From Phallusia mammillata (Eukaryota), in the NCBI GenBank assembly GCA_965637545.1, contig OZ281499.1:3100001-3164000 (forward strand): a stretch of DNA of 64,000 nt, in the 5' to 3' direction. The number at the start of each line of letters is the position of its first letter. Position 1 is the stretch's first letter. The notes beneath the pieces are model-generated. The model was given only the letters and a program-made list of their open reading frames with translations. It did not search any database and had not been told where the DNA came from. Both the position numbers and the translations under genes were made by a program. Positions 52,201-64,000 of the stretch are shown in pieces.

Positions 52201-54022
52201 TCCGAAAACCAACTGTGAAACAAAATCGCACAATATACTAAACTGTAAATTTTTAACACGTACAATATATGGTAGTTCTTGTTTACTTACTCTTCCAAAT
52301 TAATTGAGTCGTTGCGTGACATTGACTTGTCCTTGTACAATATGTGGTAATCCTTCAATTCGTCGATCGGTGACGTAATGGCTGCAACATGACAAAAAAT
52401 TTATATTTTTAAACAATACAACTTTTAGTTTACAATCCTAATTTTAGTTCACAATCCCGAAATGTTAAATATTCCAACGTTTCAGCTAAGATAAACATAT
52501 TCATACTGGGATCAGCCATGAAGCGTCAATGCAGACCAGCGATATCGATTCCAACGTTTTGTATTTTTATTTTTCAGGATTTGCTTAACGTTAAAGTTTC
52601 GACGAAAACAAAGTATAATGTTGTCAAAAAAGTTGCTCGGCATCATGCCTTAATTTTATCCACTTTTCAGCGTGGTTTGATTGTTTCAAATAAATTCGAA
52701 CTCGTGCTCGGGTTTAGGCTTGTGCTTTCAAGTTAGGGCGATAAACTTGGCCTCGCTTTGCAGTTAACGTGCCACTTCTTTTTCCTTGAAATAATTTACA
52801 TGACTTACTTTGGATAGCACTGACTGTAGAATCAGTGACTCCGGAGAGAATGGAGCCCACGAAGTGAGTTGCCTTAACCGTGTCCTGTTGAAAGATTCTC
52901 GGCAGTTGAAGACGCGTGGCACCTTTGACGTAGCGGGGAAGTCCCCAGCTGCTGTCACCTTCCTTTGGTTTCGGAATCCATTCGAAAATTTTAAAGTTTA
53001 CCTCTATCTCATCACTACGAAGTTTCTTTATCTTCGGGTTGGTGATTTTTTGCGGGAGTTGAGCTGATGGATTGAAAACGTTTGGTTTGATTTTCAGCAA
53101 CACGAATATATATCTGTGTTGATGTAATCTTTTGTCGAGATATAATTGCCCTTTAGGATAATTACACTGCCAGGGTTTGGGAAAAGCAGACAGGACAAGC
53201 ACTGGATAGTTATAACTGTTTACATACCTTCTCCTCTAGCCACATCTATTGTAGATGTAATCCAATCATATATAGGAAACTCAGCTGTTTCCACACCATG
53301 TTCCACTTTAACCATGTTACACATCCATTCATCTTTACCCAGCCAAGTTGACAACTCTGTTCATTGTGGCAAATAGTAGGTCAGAGCATACTACAGCGAT
53401 TCTTAACTTTTGTAACTAGGTTTTTTGTTAATCACCAGTTCTATATTCTGTGTTGATTCATTGACTGATTCCGTTACTTAAAAATTATTTAACGATCTCG
53501 TTAGTCACCTATGAAGTATTTTCTAACTTACTGAATCGAATGATGATTGGCAAACCGACGTCTTTGCATGTTAAGTTGAAGACATCAATCCTTCCAGGCT
53601 GAAAGTCGTCGTGCAAGAATTTATCGAGTTTTAGCCAGTCGGTGGCGTCGTTCTCACCCACCATCTGGAGGTACACCTTGGCGTTTGTGCCTGCCTTGTC
53701 GGTCGCATCAGACGTCTGTGCAGATGAATCAATAAGATTTTGCTTAAGCAAATCACCTACAATGCCAAGCACAGATGACAAATTCACCTAGGGTTTATAC
53801 TTACTCTTTGTAGCTAGACCAACAGCGAAATACGTGCTTATCTATGTGTTGATTTTAGCACTTATTTGCTAAAGGGCGTAATATTGTTTTATTTAACGTT
53901 TTTCAATAAGTAAATCATCCAATAAGTGTTTTTTTTTTATCTAAAATTGACTGGTATTGAGTGTTAATCTTGCTCACATATTTTTTTGAACTTACCGACA
54001 CTGATACTCTGTAAGAAGTCAT
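49295..54022 (-). CDS. LOX6: ALOX5-like lipoxygenase, 14 exons, 675 aa, canonical iron ligands
   Basis: Exons: 54022-53996, 53715-53532, 53356-53228, 53063-52809, 52381-52291, 52212-52056, 51771-51514, 51348-51156, 51063-50983, 50891-50773, 50487-50368, 50164-50030, 49793-49695, 49474-49295. Motifs [25 protein letters not shown]. Confidence 0.93.
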
Positions 54023-54579
54023 GTTTGTTCTCCTTTGCAGTACAATCAATCACTTGTATGAGCTAATTGTTTAAAATAGCTAGACACTGCACAAAGCATG
54101 CATGTTAAAAGCACAGAAATAACAAATCAACTTCATGCCACCACCTACGTTTTATCAACGCTACTAAAAACACATTTAACAGAATCGAATATTTCTTATT
54201 TATAATTAGCATTTTGGCCTTCGGCCTTCAATTCTACAATATTAGAACTGCATCGACCAATGCTTTTCACAATAGTAATGTTAATTGGTTCGTGGTTGCT
54301 ATTTTTGTCTAAGCACCTTGTCACTACCTAAGTGTGACTATAGCAGCAACAAAACAAACATGTTTGCGGTTAGCAACATTACGGATGTTTTTAATACTGC
54401 ATCCCCTTCCGCGCAGAAGTTAATAAAAATTTTATGCCACCTGATCGTGGATAATTTGTCACACATATCCTAAGGACGTTAATACCTATCGGAAGTTTTA
54501 CCTTCCATCCGGTTTTGAATGCAGTTTCTCTTTAATTTATACAGTTACATCATAATTGAAAGCCTGTTTATACCAAAGC

Positions 54580-56410
54580 CTACGTTCAACAAAGGTCGCG
54601 AAAAATGTTTGCTGAACTGAATCGTGTGCTGTGATATACATGATCTATGTACGGTGAGGCAACCAAGCAAAACCCACGCGAGGAGCAAGAACTCCAATGT
54701 GCATGATGTGCAGAAAAATGCACCCACACGATAAGCATTGATCCCCACTAAAATGCAAAATAATGTACTTAGTAAGAACCTTTACCTGGCATTCGCGCTT
54801 GGTTTTGTCCTTTCTACTACTCTTAATGGTTTTTACTTCTTTTTTTGTTTTTTACATTTATTCATTTAAGAATGACAAAACTTGCTGTCGAAACGTCATG
54901 TTTTATACAAATATTCTGGCTTGCTTGTTTCTGGGTATTATCAAAAATCCGATTGTTTTCGCACTTGTTTTAAGTACAATGACCATTGCCATTACTATAA
55001 GGCAGGTGTCCAAAGTGCGGCCCGCGAGCCAAATGCGGCCCCCAGATACATTTCACATGGCCCGCGGCTGTTTTTTCAAATTGTGTTGCGTAAGTTTGGA
55101 TTAAGTTTTTGGGTTTCGGCGACTTGCCACTTCACGCAAAAGCTTTCCATGGAACTTTACCGGTAAAAAAGTGTACCAGTAGATCGGTAAACTGGAAGGT
55201 GGTGACGCAACAAAATCCTACAGGTTCCTAAATCCCGTAAATTTGTGTTCAAATTCTAAAAAACGTTGGCGCGCGGGCGTCTTCGTCTGGTAAATATTGG
55301 CCCCCACTAAAAAAGTTTGGACACCCCTGCTATAAGGGTAACGTTTCAAACTTACATAACCATTTAAAGTATAAGCTTTTAATGTGTGTTTTAAGTGTTT
55401 TTGTATGGTTCGCTAAAGTCGGCTGCTTAAGGGTCTGTTGAACAAATGGGGTCAACTACGGGTAAACGGGTGCTTTGCAAAGTCTATTTTGCACGGTCTG
55501 ATCTGCTGTTTTTATTTTATCATCCCCCGTTAATCTTTGCAGCATGCAAAACTTTGCGATTTGAAAGTATCTATTTTTTAACCCTTTAAATCTTTTGAAA
55601 TGTTAACACCAACGTCTAAGTTCAACAAAGGTCGCGAAAAATGTTTACTGAACTAAATCGTCTGGTGTGGTATACATGACCGATGTAGTAGGAGGCAACC
55701 AACCAAAACGCACGCGAGGAGCAAGAACTCTAATGTGCAGAAAAATGCACTGGAACGAAGCATTGATCCGCTCTTAAATGTCAAGAATTCGGTGCAGTAG
55801 ATACGTTGGCTTGTTCGTGAAGAACCTTTACTTACCATTAGCGCTTGTTTTTGTCCTTGTTAGTGCTTTTATTGGTTTTTTCTTGCTTCTTGGTTTTTAC
55901 ATTTATTCATTGGATAAAGACACAGGTTGCTGTCGAAACGTCATGTTTTATACAAATATTCTGGCTTGCTTGTTTCTGGGTATTATCAAAAATTCAATTG
56001 TCTTTCGTACTTGTTTTAAGTACAATGACCATTGCCATTATTATAAGAGTGACGATTCCAGTATACATAATCATTCTAAATATAAGATATTATCCTGATT
56101 TCAAGGGTGATATATTAACGACGTTGCACTAAACACATTTGCAATAATTATTAACGATATTTAAGCATTGCAACTAGTGTCTGTCGATTTTGTTCTAAAC
56201 ATTAACAAATTTGAACTTGGTATTGGTGCCCAAACGTGGCCGTTTTTTATGGTTTACTGAATATCGGCTGCTTAAGGGTCTGTTGAACAAATGGGGTCAA
56301 CTACGGGTAAACGCGTGCTTTGCAAAGTCGATTTTGCACGGTCTAGGTCTGCTGATTTTAATTTATCATCTCCTTTTACAGTTAACCTTTGCAGCATGCA
56401 AAACTTTGCG
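54580..56410. repeat. Local tandem duplication in the LOX6-LOX7 intergenic region
   Basis: 54583-55000 resembles 55620-56045, and 55410-55560 resembles 56260-56410. Confidence 0.8.
55003..55329. mobile_element. hAT-type MITE (CAGG(G)TGTCCAAA TIR)
   Basis: Perfect TSD CTATAAGG at 54995-55002 and 55330-55337; empty site in the paralogous block near 56040; a related inverted partial copy ends at ~34502. Confidence 0.88.
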
Positions 56411-56650
56411 TTTCGTTTTTTTTTCAGATTTTGGTTATTGTGTGATTCATAAACTAACAACATTTTCGTTGCATTCTCTTTTCAAATCAGTAACGTAACA
56501 ACAAATTGAAACTTTGTTTTGATGCAGTATGATTTGTATTGAAGTTATCAAAAACGAAGTATTTAGTGGTTAGCTTCCAGATATATCATAATTATATGTT
56601 GGTGTGTAAGATATGCGAATATTGCCTAAGCTTTAAATTTTAGCACAATT

Positions 56651-59600
56651 TTAAATAGCAATGCTGTTTGGAACCCTGGATGGCAGTAGGAAGGTGTAAG
56701 GGTGATCCAACTTGCTGTTGCGGGCTTTTATCTTAGCTTCGAGCGCTTGAAGATCTTTCATGTAATTCTGTTGGATGTCGAGAATAATCTTTTCTGTGAA
56801 GAGACGCTCCGGAAATTGTCCCAAGTAAACCTGAAAATTAGGTTTAGTTTATTTATTGTAGTATTCCCAGATTTGTAAAAGCTCTCTATGACTTGTATTA
56901 AGCTGGGTTTAAACAATAGCAACGGTTTCTGATAGAAAATACCTCGTTTGGAGAATAGGCCGAAAGTGCGAACACCACTGCTATAACTGATCCAGCCATC
57001 ACAGAATCAGGCAAGGTATCCAGAATTCTTTGCTGGTTGCCCTGGAACGTATTTTTACCGTTGGTAAGTCTTAATTATTGTCTACAAGTCATAATGGCCT
57101 TACCTCTCCCTTTTTGTGAGGTGCCAGCCTCATGCTTAAGGGTGAATTAGGAACGTATTTGTAGGTCTCGAATTGGCCAAAGTTTACTGCAGCATGTTGC
57201 ACTGAACTTGTGAACATCAAAGTCAAGCAGATCTCAATCTGAAAAAAATCAAACATGGTCAAGCTAGTCTTTATGACTTTGTGCTTTATGCAACAATCCG
57301 TGTCTTTGAATTGTTCGAACAAGGCAATGGTAACCAACCCATTTGTTGCAATGGATCATTTCATCTGCGCTATTCATCAAGTAAAACACCAGGAAACCCC
57401 TACAACGAATTCACTTAAACCTCGTTTGACAAATTAATTGCTATTTTGAAACTCAAAAAATTCAACAACAAAGCCCCTGAAACCCACCCCACGGAGAGTT
57501 TACGAATCCCAGGTCGGAAACCACTAAACCACAGGGATAAACAACCTCTAAACTACGTTTTTCATCCGCGTGTTTGTGCTAGTTTTCCTTCTGCTATCAC
57601 CTTGTGTGGTGTTATAAGAACGATTGTGTTGAGTAGTGTACCGTTACTCTGATGAAGACGTCCAGAATGAGACGTCGAAACGAAGGATGAATTATATATA
57701 ATTGCCGGGTGCAGAGTTGCAAGTCGGGCCGGGTTTTTCGGGCCGGGTTTTTCGGGTTCGGGCCGGGTTCGGGCTTAGGTATTTGTCAGAAAACGGGCCT
57801 GACTTTACGTTCCGTTTCCGCCATTTTTTAGTAACAATTGTCGCAAGGCTTTCGTGGATAAGCCTGTCAATCAAATTTCGGGCCTAAACGGGCTTTGCAA
57901 AAACGTTTCGGGTTCGGGCCGGGCTTCGGGCTTATACTTTCGGGTTCTGGCCGGGTTCGGACTCAGATTTCGGGCCCGCAACTCTGGCCGGGTGAGCAAA
58001 AAGAAACGTTTATGACATACGCCTGCAACAACACTGTATCATAGGATTTAGTGTTGAGTCTTACCAGCTGATCAACTGTTGTTAGAGTTTCTGGCATTCC
58101 TTTTGTATCGTTGTCTTGCCATCCTAGTCCCTCTGTGGCGACATCTTTTGCCCAGCATTGCAGTTCGAAATCACCAACAACGTCCTAAATAAAAAACGAT
58201 AGGCAAAGTGGTTGAGTTGATTCGTTCCGGAAACCCTAGAACCTTTTTGCACTTAAATTGTTTGTCTAAGATTGCAAATTTTGATCCAAATATAAACCCA
58301 AATATTTTCCATTTATAACAAGAAGAATCAACTACCTAAGTATCACTTTAAACTACTGAAGACGATTTACATTATGTTGTATAGGCAAAAGACAATTCCA
58401 TGCAGTTTAATTTGCATTGTTCCAAGCTCTTTCTCTTACCGAATCACACTTGTAGTAGTAACGAATGCAAGCACTCGCATATTTCTCCATGATCTTCCAC
58501 TGGTCAAGTGCATCGTCTCGGTAATAGTAGTTAGGCAGAAGAGTTGCATCGTCCGTCCCTATGTTTCAACGAAACAGGTCAAAAGTGTGATCGAAACTTA
58601 AAGTTCTGTTTTCTCACCGTTTTCCTTCAGTAACTTGGGAATGTTGAGACTACCAATGTTAAACGTCTTGTACACTTTACGTGTAAGAGCAATAGCCTCT
58701 AAAATGCAAAAACATTTCAACAAAACAGTTCTGCAAAGTTTATTTCGGTCATTACGGTTTAATCCCCTACTTATTAAATTTTTGTTTAAGTATTTGCTTC
58801 GGACGCCGAAATAAACTCAACTCAACAAAACAACTTAACTAGCAGGAGCTTTCAACAGTCGGCAAAATAACATGCCTTAGGTTGAATTTGAAAAAAAAAA
58901 ATTAAGAAAATGTAATCACAGTGACAAACAAGCTAGCAACAAACTAGTAACATGGTTACTTGAAAGGAGCTTATCTTGGACATTGAAGTTTGTGTTGCTA
59001 GCTTGGTTGTCCTGACAGAAGCTTAATAGTTTCCAAATTTGTTTGATTAACTTGACAAAGGGTTTGTTCCGCTTCACCATACAAACCTGTTGCTATCCCC
59101 TTTCCTGGCATAGCTGTTGGCGGAATAAGAGTTGTTCTCGCATCTGTGTTGATAACAGACACCGAACGAAGATGGGGACGCATCAGCTTGTAAATCGGAT
59201 GAGCACGAGGTAAACACCGAAACAATGCCACACCGAAAGGTTCCATGGCACCATGAGTCTCCAAGTAATGACAAATCCACTGTAATTCAAACAAGAAACA
59301 AAAGCAACAATTACATTGTCTGTAAGGAGTGTTGCTCCAAATGAATACTTCAGACACTACACAAACCGGTAGTAAAGGTGTGAAATCCTACGAATTATAG
59401 TTTTATAGGGAGCTGTAATAATATCCTACTGACAGCACTGGCGTAGACCTTTGTTCAAATGTCGAAATCCTTTTTTTAGAGTTCCAAAATATAGGATCGG
59501 TTTAGGTTGTTCATAAAAAAGGGTTTGGGGCAAAATCATGATATTGTCGCATTGGTGTAGAACTTTCGGATGAAAAACTACATATATTTAGGCCCAGTTC

Positions 59601-62600
59601 GGGCTTTCAGCATAACGTCGTCTTGATTTATGGTCCCAGGCCAAAAAATGATACGTTAGTTGAGAAAAAAGAGGGTAATGGTTGCTTTTCCTTACACTTT
59701 TGTATTTCTTTGCTGTCTTTATGTTTAGTGGATTTTATGCAATAAGAAATAATCTTGTATCAACAAAATTTTGGCTCTTTCAGCAGTCTTTATTAAAGTA
59801 TGCCAACGTTTCGATGTCCCATACTAGACACCTTTATTGGTTTTCCCAAAAGCTTCCAATACGGCTGAGTTCAGAACAGACAAACCGATTGTAAAATCCA
59901 ATTACTACCAGCTTACCTCATGCATGTTGCTCTGTGCACACCGCAGGTACATCTTGGCAAGCAGCCAATCCTCTTTACTGTCGTTGGGTGTGAACACGTG
60001 ATCCCGATTACCAGGAACTAGTTGAATTGCCAAGGGAAGGAATTCACCTTTGTCGTTGACGTAAAAGAGACCCATACAGTCAGCGCAGTGAAGGGGCTTT
60101 CCACTTGAGTAGTGTTTGATCCTTGCGATTCCATTGAGAAGATTATAGAAGTCGGCGATGTAGATTTTGCCAGCCTAAGCATTTTTTTGTTTAGTGGTTT
60201 AGGTACCGTTTTAGCTTCGAATTTATGAAATAATACGACTTTCAATCTGGTCCAAAGTTTGTGAGTTAGCTCTGCTAGTGATTTGAAACGCAAAAGTGGG
60301 GACATGTAAGTTTAAATTATCCTACAAGGGAGTACTTATTTAGTTATAACTAATGTACAGATATCCATTTGTTTTGAATATAGCTTGGTGAATGTTAAAA
60401 CGGTACCAGATATGCATTAACGCTTAAATTGTTTGTGCAGTTATCAACGTAACACGGTACAGGTAAACACCTTCACTTCTCCTTCCAAGGTCTTTCCCCC
60501 GCCCAATATCTGACAGACGTCATCGTTAGTGATGTCACAATTAGCCGGTAGTGACTTGCAACGCTTGAAGCACAGTGGACTGATTCCATTCAGGATCTGT
60601 CGTCCCATGCTGTGGTCCTCGTACCAACTAATTAACAGATGAAATAAGTTATAAATGCAAAGGAACATTCAATGTTTAATGACACCTAAATATCAACAAC
60701 ACTACACAGCAATTATAAGGTTGCCTACCCCTGACAAATGTACATACATTCTACATTACATGCTAGTTGTAAACACCAAATCGAAAAAAATATCGGTATA
60801 TTACAGCAAAAAGTTGTACAGAATCTATGCACTTACTCTTCCAAATACATGGGATTTTCTCGTTTCAATGACTCGTGCTGATACAAACTGTGGTAATCTT
60901 TCAGCTCATCAATGGGTGCAAATAAAGCTACAAAAGAATGTTTAGTTGAAAGCTTAGCTTGTAGAGCGCGAGTCCCGGAAAAGTTCCTGTCGTGGGTTTG
61001 AATGTCACCATGTTGTATGGGAAGGCTTGTTGAAGGGCTTTTTTGGAACACCTTCTTATCAATGTGGACTGCATGTGCCTTAATTGTATGATATAAATGC
61101 GTCGTTGGAATAATTCAAAAAAGAATTATTTACTCGTTGTTTCTACATACTGAACTAATGATGGCAATTTTGCCAATTGTGCAATCAGAAGTTCATGACT
61201 GATTTTGTAACTTGTAAATATTCCTAACTAAGATTTAATATGACTCAAAATATCCGACAAATGTTAAAAAAACTGAAAATATTCGATCTTTGCTGGGCCC
61301 AAGGGTAAAACTGGATTAACTGTAACATACTTTCGACAAGGCCATATGCTGTATTGATGGCTCCCGAAAACTCAGCACTGAGAAAATGGTTTGAGCGAAT
61401 CTCGTCTCGTTGGAAAATTCTGGGCAATTGCTGATGCGTGGTAGCGTTGACGTAACGAGGAAGTCCCCATCCGATGTCTGTGGGCTTCGTCGGTTTTGGA
61501 ACCCACGCAAATTTTGTAAAATTTCCTGAGACTTCGTCTTTTCGCAACTTTTTAACGTCGTTGTTGGTGATCTTTTGCGGAAGTTGAGCTGTAAAACAAC
61601 TTGTTCCTTTTTGTTGTTACCATACTTATACAGCAAAATGACATTGCCATAAAAGCCTTTGGAAATAAACCTAAGGATTTTAAATGTTGACCTGCAGACA
61701 GTGCACACTGTTTTGACATATAAGGTCTCATCAGAATTTGAATGTGCTTTTGAATAACTCCTGACTTCAGCAAAACAAAAATTGTGTGGAAAAACATCGT
61801 TGAAATGTAGAACTTATATTACAAGCGTGTAACGAAATTAACCACTCTTTGATACAGATCACGGTTACTACATGGTCTGAATCAATTACATAGACTTGAA
61901 ATAACAAAACAGATGCTTAGAGAAGTTGGAGTACACCAATCGTGTAGTTGTTTGTTATACGTTGCACTCTCACCCTCTCCCCTTGCAACTTCGATGGAAG
62001 TAGAAATCCAGTCGTAGATAGGAAATTCAGCCGATTCTTTTCCGTATTCCACTTTAACCATGTTACACATCCATTCGTCGGTGCTGAACCAGTTTGTTAG
62101 CTCTGTCAGATAAAGAAATGTTGAAATGCGGATTATTAATACACGTGCAGCTTGATTACAACGACATACTCTTTCCAAAAACTATTCAAGTGTTATCTAT
62201 TACATGCTTTATTTTTTGAATATTTTTTAAATGAAAACTTACATTCCTCTCGACAGTACCTCAAAACTGCCATCCATGACACAGCGTATTGTGTATACAA
62301 GGTATTATGTTTGTAAATGGTATTTTATGTAGCCTATACTGTTGCCCTCAGCATACTAGACTAAGAATATTCGTGTATCTGACATTTCTGCCTTAAGTGC
62401 GCTAAGTTTTAATCACTGCAATGGCACAAAATGCAACGGAACGAGGAAAGTGGAAAGGTGGATAAAGTTAAGTTCAGGGTTATAAAAGTGGTTATTATTT
62501 TGTCGTCAATAAACTCACTAAATCGAATGATAATCGGAAGCCCAACATCTTCACATGAGAGATCATAAGTATCGCTCTCCCCAACTGAGAAATCGTTGTG

Positions 62601-63260
62601 CAGAAATTTATCCAATGTCAACCAACCAGTAGTCTTACCACTTTCACCAACCATTTCGAGATGCACTGTGGAGTTTGTACCAGCGTTGTCCGTGGCATCG
62701 GATGTCTGTAAACAGGTTTTGTTATTGACATCCAAAATAACTTTTAAAAGCAAGGTGTGTCAAGCAGAGTTGTAAACGGGCCTGAAATTGGAGCCCGAAA
62801 TTGGAGCCCGAACCCGAATCGTTTTTGTTAAGCTCGTGAAGGCCCGAAAGTTTGATTGACAGGCCAATACATTGAGCCCTCAGAAAGACAACAAACGCAA
62901 AGGACGGTTGGTCGTGAACAATGCGTTTTGAGAGTCTTTGGTCCAACAACTGTCTACTTAGCTAGTCAAATTTATTCAAAATAATACTGACACAGAGTGT
63001 AAAGTCAGGCCCGAATCAAGCACTTTTTTAAAGGAACCCAAGCCCGAACCCGGTCCGAAAAAGCCTGGCTCGATTTAAAACTCTGGTGTCAAGTATTTGT
63101 AGAAATTTTCCATTGCATCATAAAATTAGCTTCAAGCCAATGCAGACACTTGTTTCTCAGAGATGTGAAAGTTATTAATTCAGTTCAAGCTTTTACCTAC
63201 CTATCTGTTTTGTAGCTTTTCACTTACCGTTACCGAAACTTTGTAGTTGGCCTGCGTCAT
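56651..63260 (-). CDS. LOX7: ALOX5-like lipoxygenase, 14 exons, 679 aa, canonical iron ligands
   Basis: Exons: 63260-63228, 62705-62519, 62102-61974, 61588-61331, 60927-60837, 60627-60471, 60174-59917, 59279-59087, 58698-58618, 58558-58440, 58184-58065, 57238-57104, 57041-56943, 56830-56651. Motifs [39 protein letters not shown]. Confidence 0.93.
57712..57986. mobile_element. GC-rich hAT-type MITE (CAGAGTTG TIR, internal CGGGT/CGGGC repeats) in LOX7 intron 11
   Basis: Perfect TSD GCCGGGTG at 57704-57711 and 57987-57994. Confidence 0.88.
62765..63085. mobile_element. Related hAT-type MITE in the opposite orientation, in LOX7 intron 1
   Basis: CAGAGTT...AACTCTG termini; perfect TSD GTGTCAAG at 62757-62764 and 63086-63093; internal gcccga motifs. 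Confidence 0.85.
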
Positions 63261-63594
63261 CTTTTTGCAATTTTTAGTTTAAAACTACAAACACCTAAAC
63301 TTTTGAATTTCCTATCTAATAAAAACAAATTCAAAATATTGTTGTAACTCAAAGATAATATTTCAAAGGCCAACTTACAGAATTTAACACTTCTGTTTGC
63401 TACCTTCCGCTTTTTGGTTGACTAACATTCAGTTGCACAATGTTTTCAGTCAGCAATCCATGACTTCAGTCAGTTAACAAGTAATTTTCTGCCATGTCGC
63501 GTTTAAGATATATACCCCCAAAACACCCTCTCACTTTCACATAACTTTTCAAAAACATGTTTACTGTAATGTCGGTTTATGCGCAAAACACCTT

Positions 63595-64000
63595 CGCCAG
63601 ACAACTGAATTACCCAGGAGTTTACTTAGCGGTTTTGCCGGGGTAATATTGACTTTGATCAACTGTGGCCGCTTTTACGCGTGGGGAATGGTCCGTGAAA
63701 CCCTGCTGACTTGGCAATCATCACATTAGTGACTGGAATTTCTCTCAGAGTTCAAATCTTGACGGTCACATTTCCGTACACTTTTTAAATCTTATGTATC
63801 TGGCACTTTTTCTCAGAAAATGCTTTTTCCCCATACTACAATCACTAGTCCCAATTTTCGTTACTTTTGCAGACTGGCCTCTTGTCATTTCGCCAGACAC
63901 TGTTGTTTTATTGCTAAACGGAGTTTGCACAGCAGTTTTTCACGGGCAATATTGACTTTGACCAACTGTTCACAATTTTACGCGTGGGCAATCGTCCGTG
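63595..64000. repeat. Diverged tandem repeat with a ~296-bp period, running off the window end
   Basis: tcgccagaca...ggagttt...aatattgactttga.caactgt...ttttacgcgtggg.aat.gtccgtg occurs at 63595-63697 and again at 63890-64000. Confidence 0.7.

Noticed and set aside
57712-57986. GC-rich short repeats resembling a CRISPR array or CpG-island promoter
   Set aside because: No repeat-spacer structure; bounded by TIRs and a perfect 8-bp TSD, so it is a MITE.
9374-58601. Recurrent plus-strand ORFs of similar sequence (e.g. ...[15 protein letters not shown]..., ...[12 protein letters not shown]...) suggesting an antisense gene family
   Set aside because: They are antisense shadows of conserved LOX exons and end in unrelated intron sequence.
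5361-63260. Allene oxide synthase-lipoxygenase fusion as in corals
   Set aside because: Each gene begins with the PLAT first strand right after its ATG, and I saw no catalase-like exons in the short intergenic gaps.
16641-63260. Assigning the symbol ALOX5 or 5-lipoxygenase activity
   Set aside because: Family membership is clear, but orthology and positional specificity cannot be inferred; the specificity-determinant residues differ from mammalian ALOX5.

Overview
AT-rich, intron-containing animal genomic DNA. The compact introns full of hAT-type MITEs would fit an invertebrate such as an ascidian, but the organism cannot be proven from this sequence. From about 5.4 kb to 63.3 kb the window is a head-to-tail tandem array of seven paralogous lipoxygenase genes (PLAT + lipoxygenase domain, ALOX5-like), all on the minus strand. 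I label them LOX1-LOX7 left to right. Exons were traced by hand: six copies have the same 14-exon structure with matching phases and GT-AG sites (670-680 aa). LOX5 is a recent duplicate of LOX4 that has lost exons 5-6 and most of exon 7 and is probably a pseudogene; a stub of a further terminal exon lies at about 34.6 kb. The most notable signal is in LOX1, LOX4 and LOX5, where the first iron-ligand His (human ALOX5 His367 equivalent) is Asn, always paired with HQ instead of HE just upstream. LOX1 also has an altered substrate channel and PLAT calcium motif, yet its gene structure is intact. The array therefore seems to mix canonical enzymes with candidate pseudo-lipoxygenases. It also shows exon-level homogenisation consistent with gene conversion and a variable active-site exon. 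Introns carry many non-autonomous elements with target-site duplications (TSDs).
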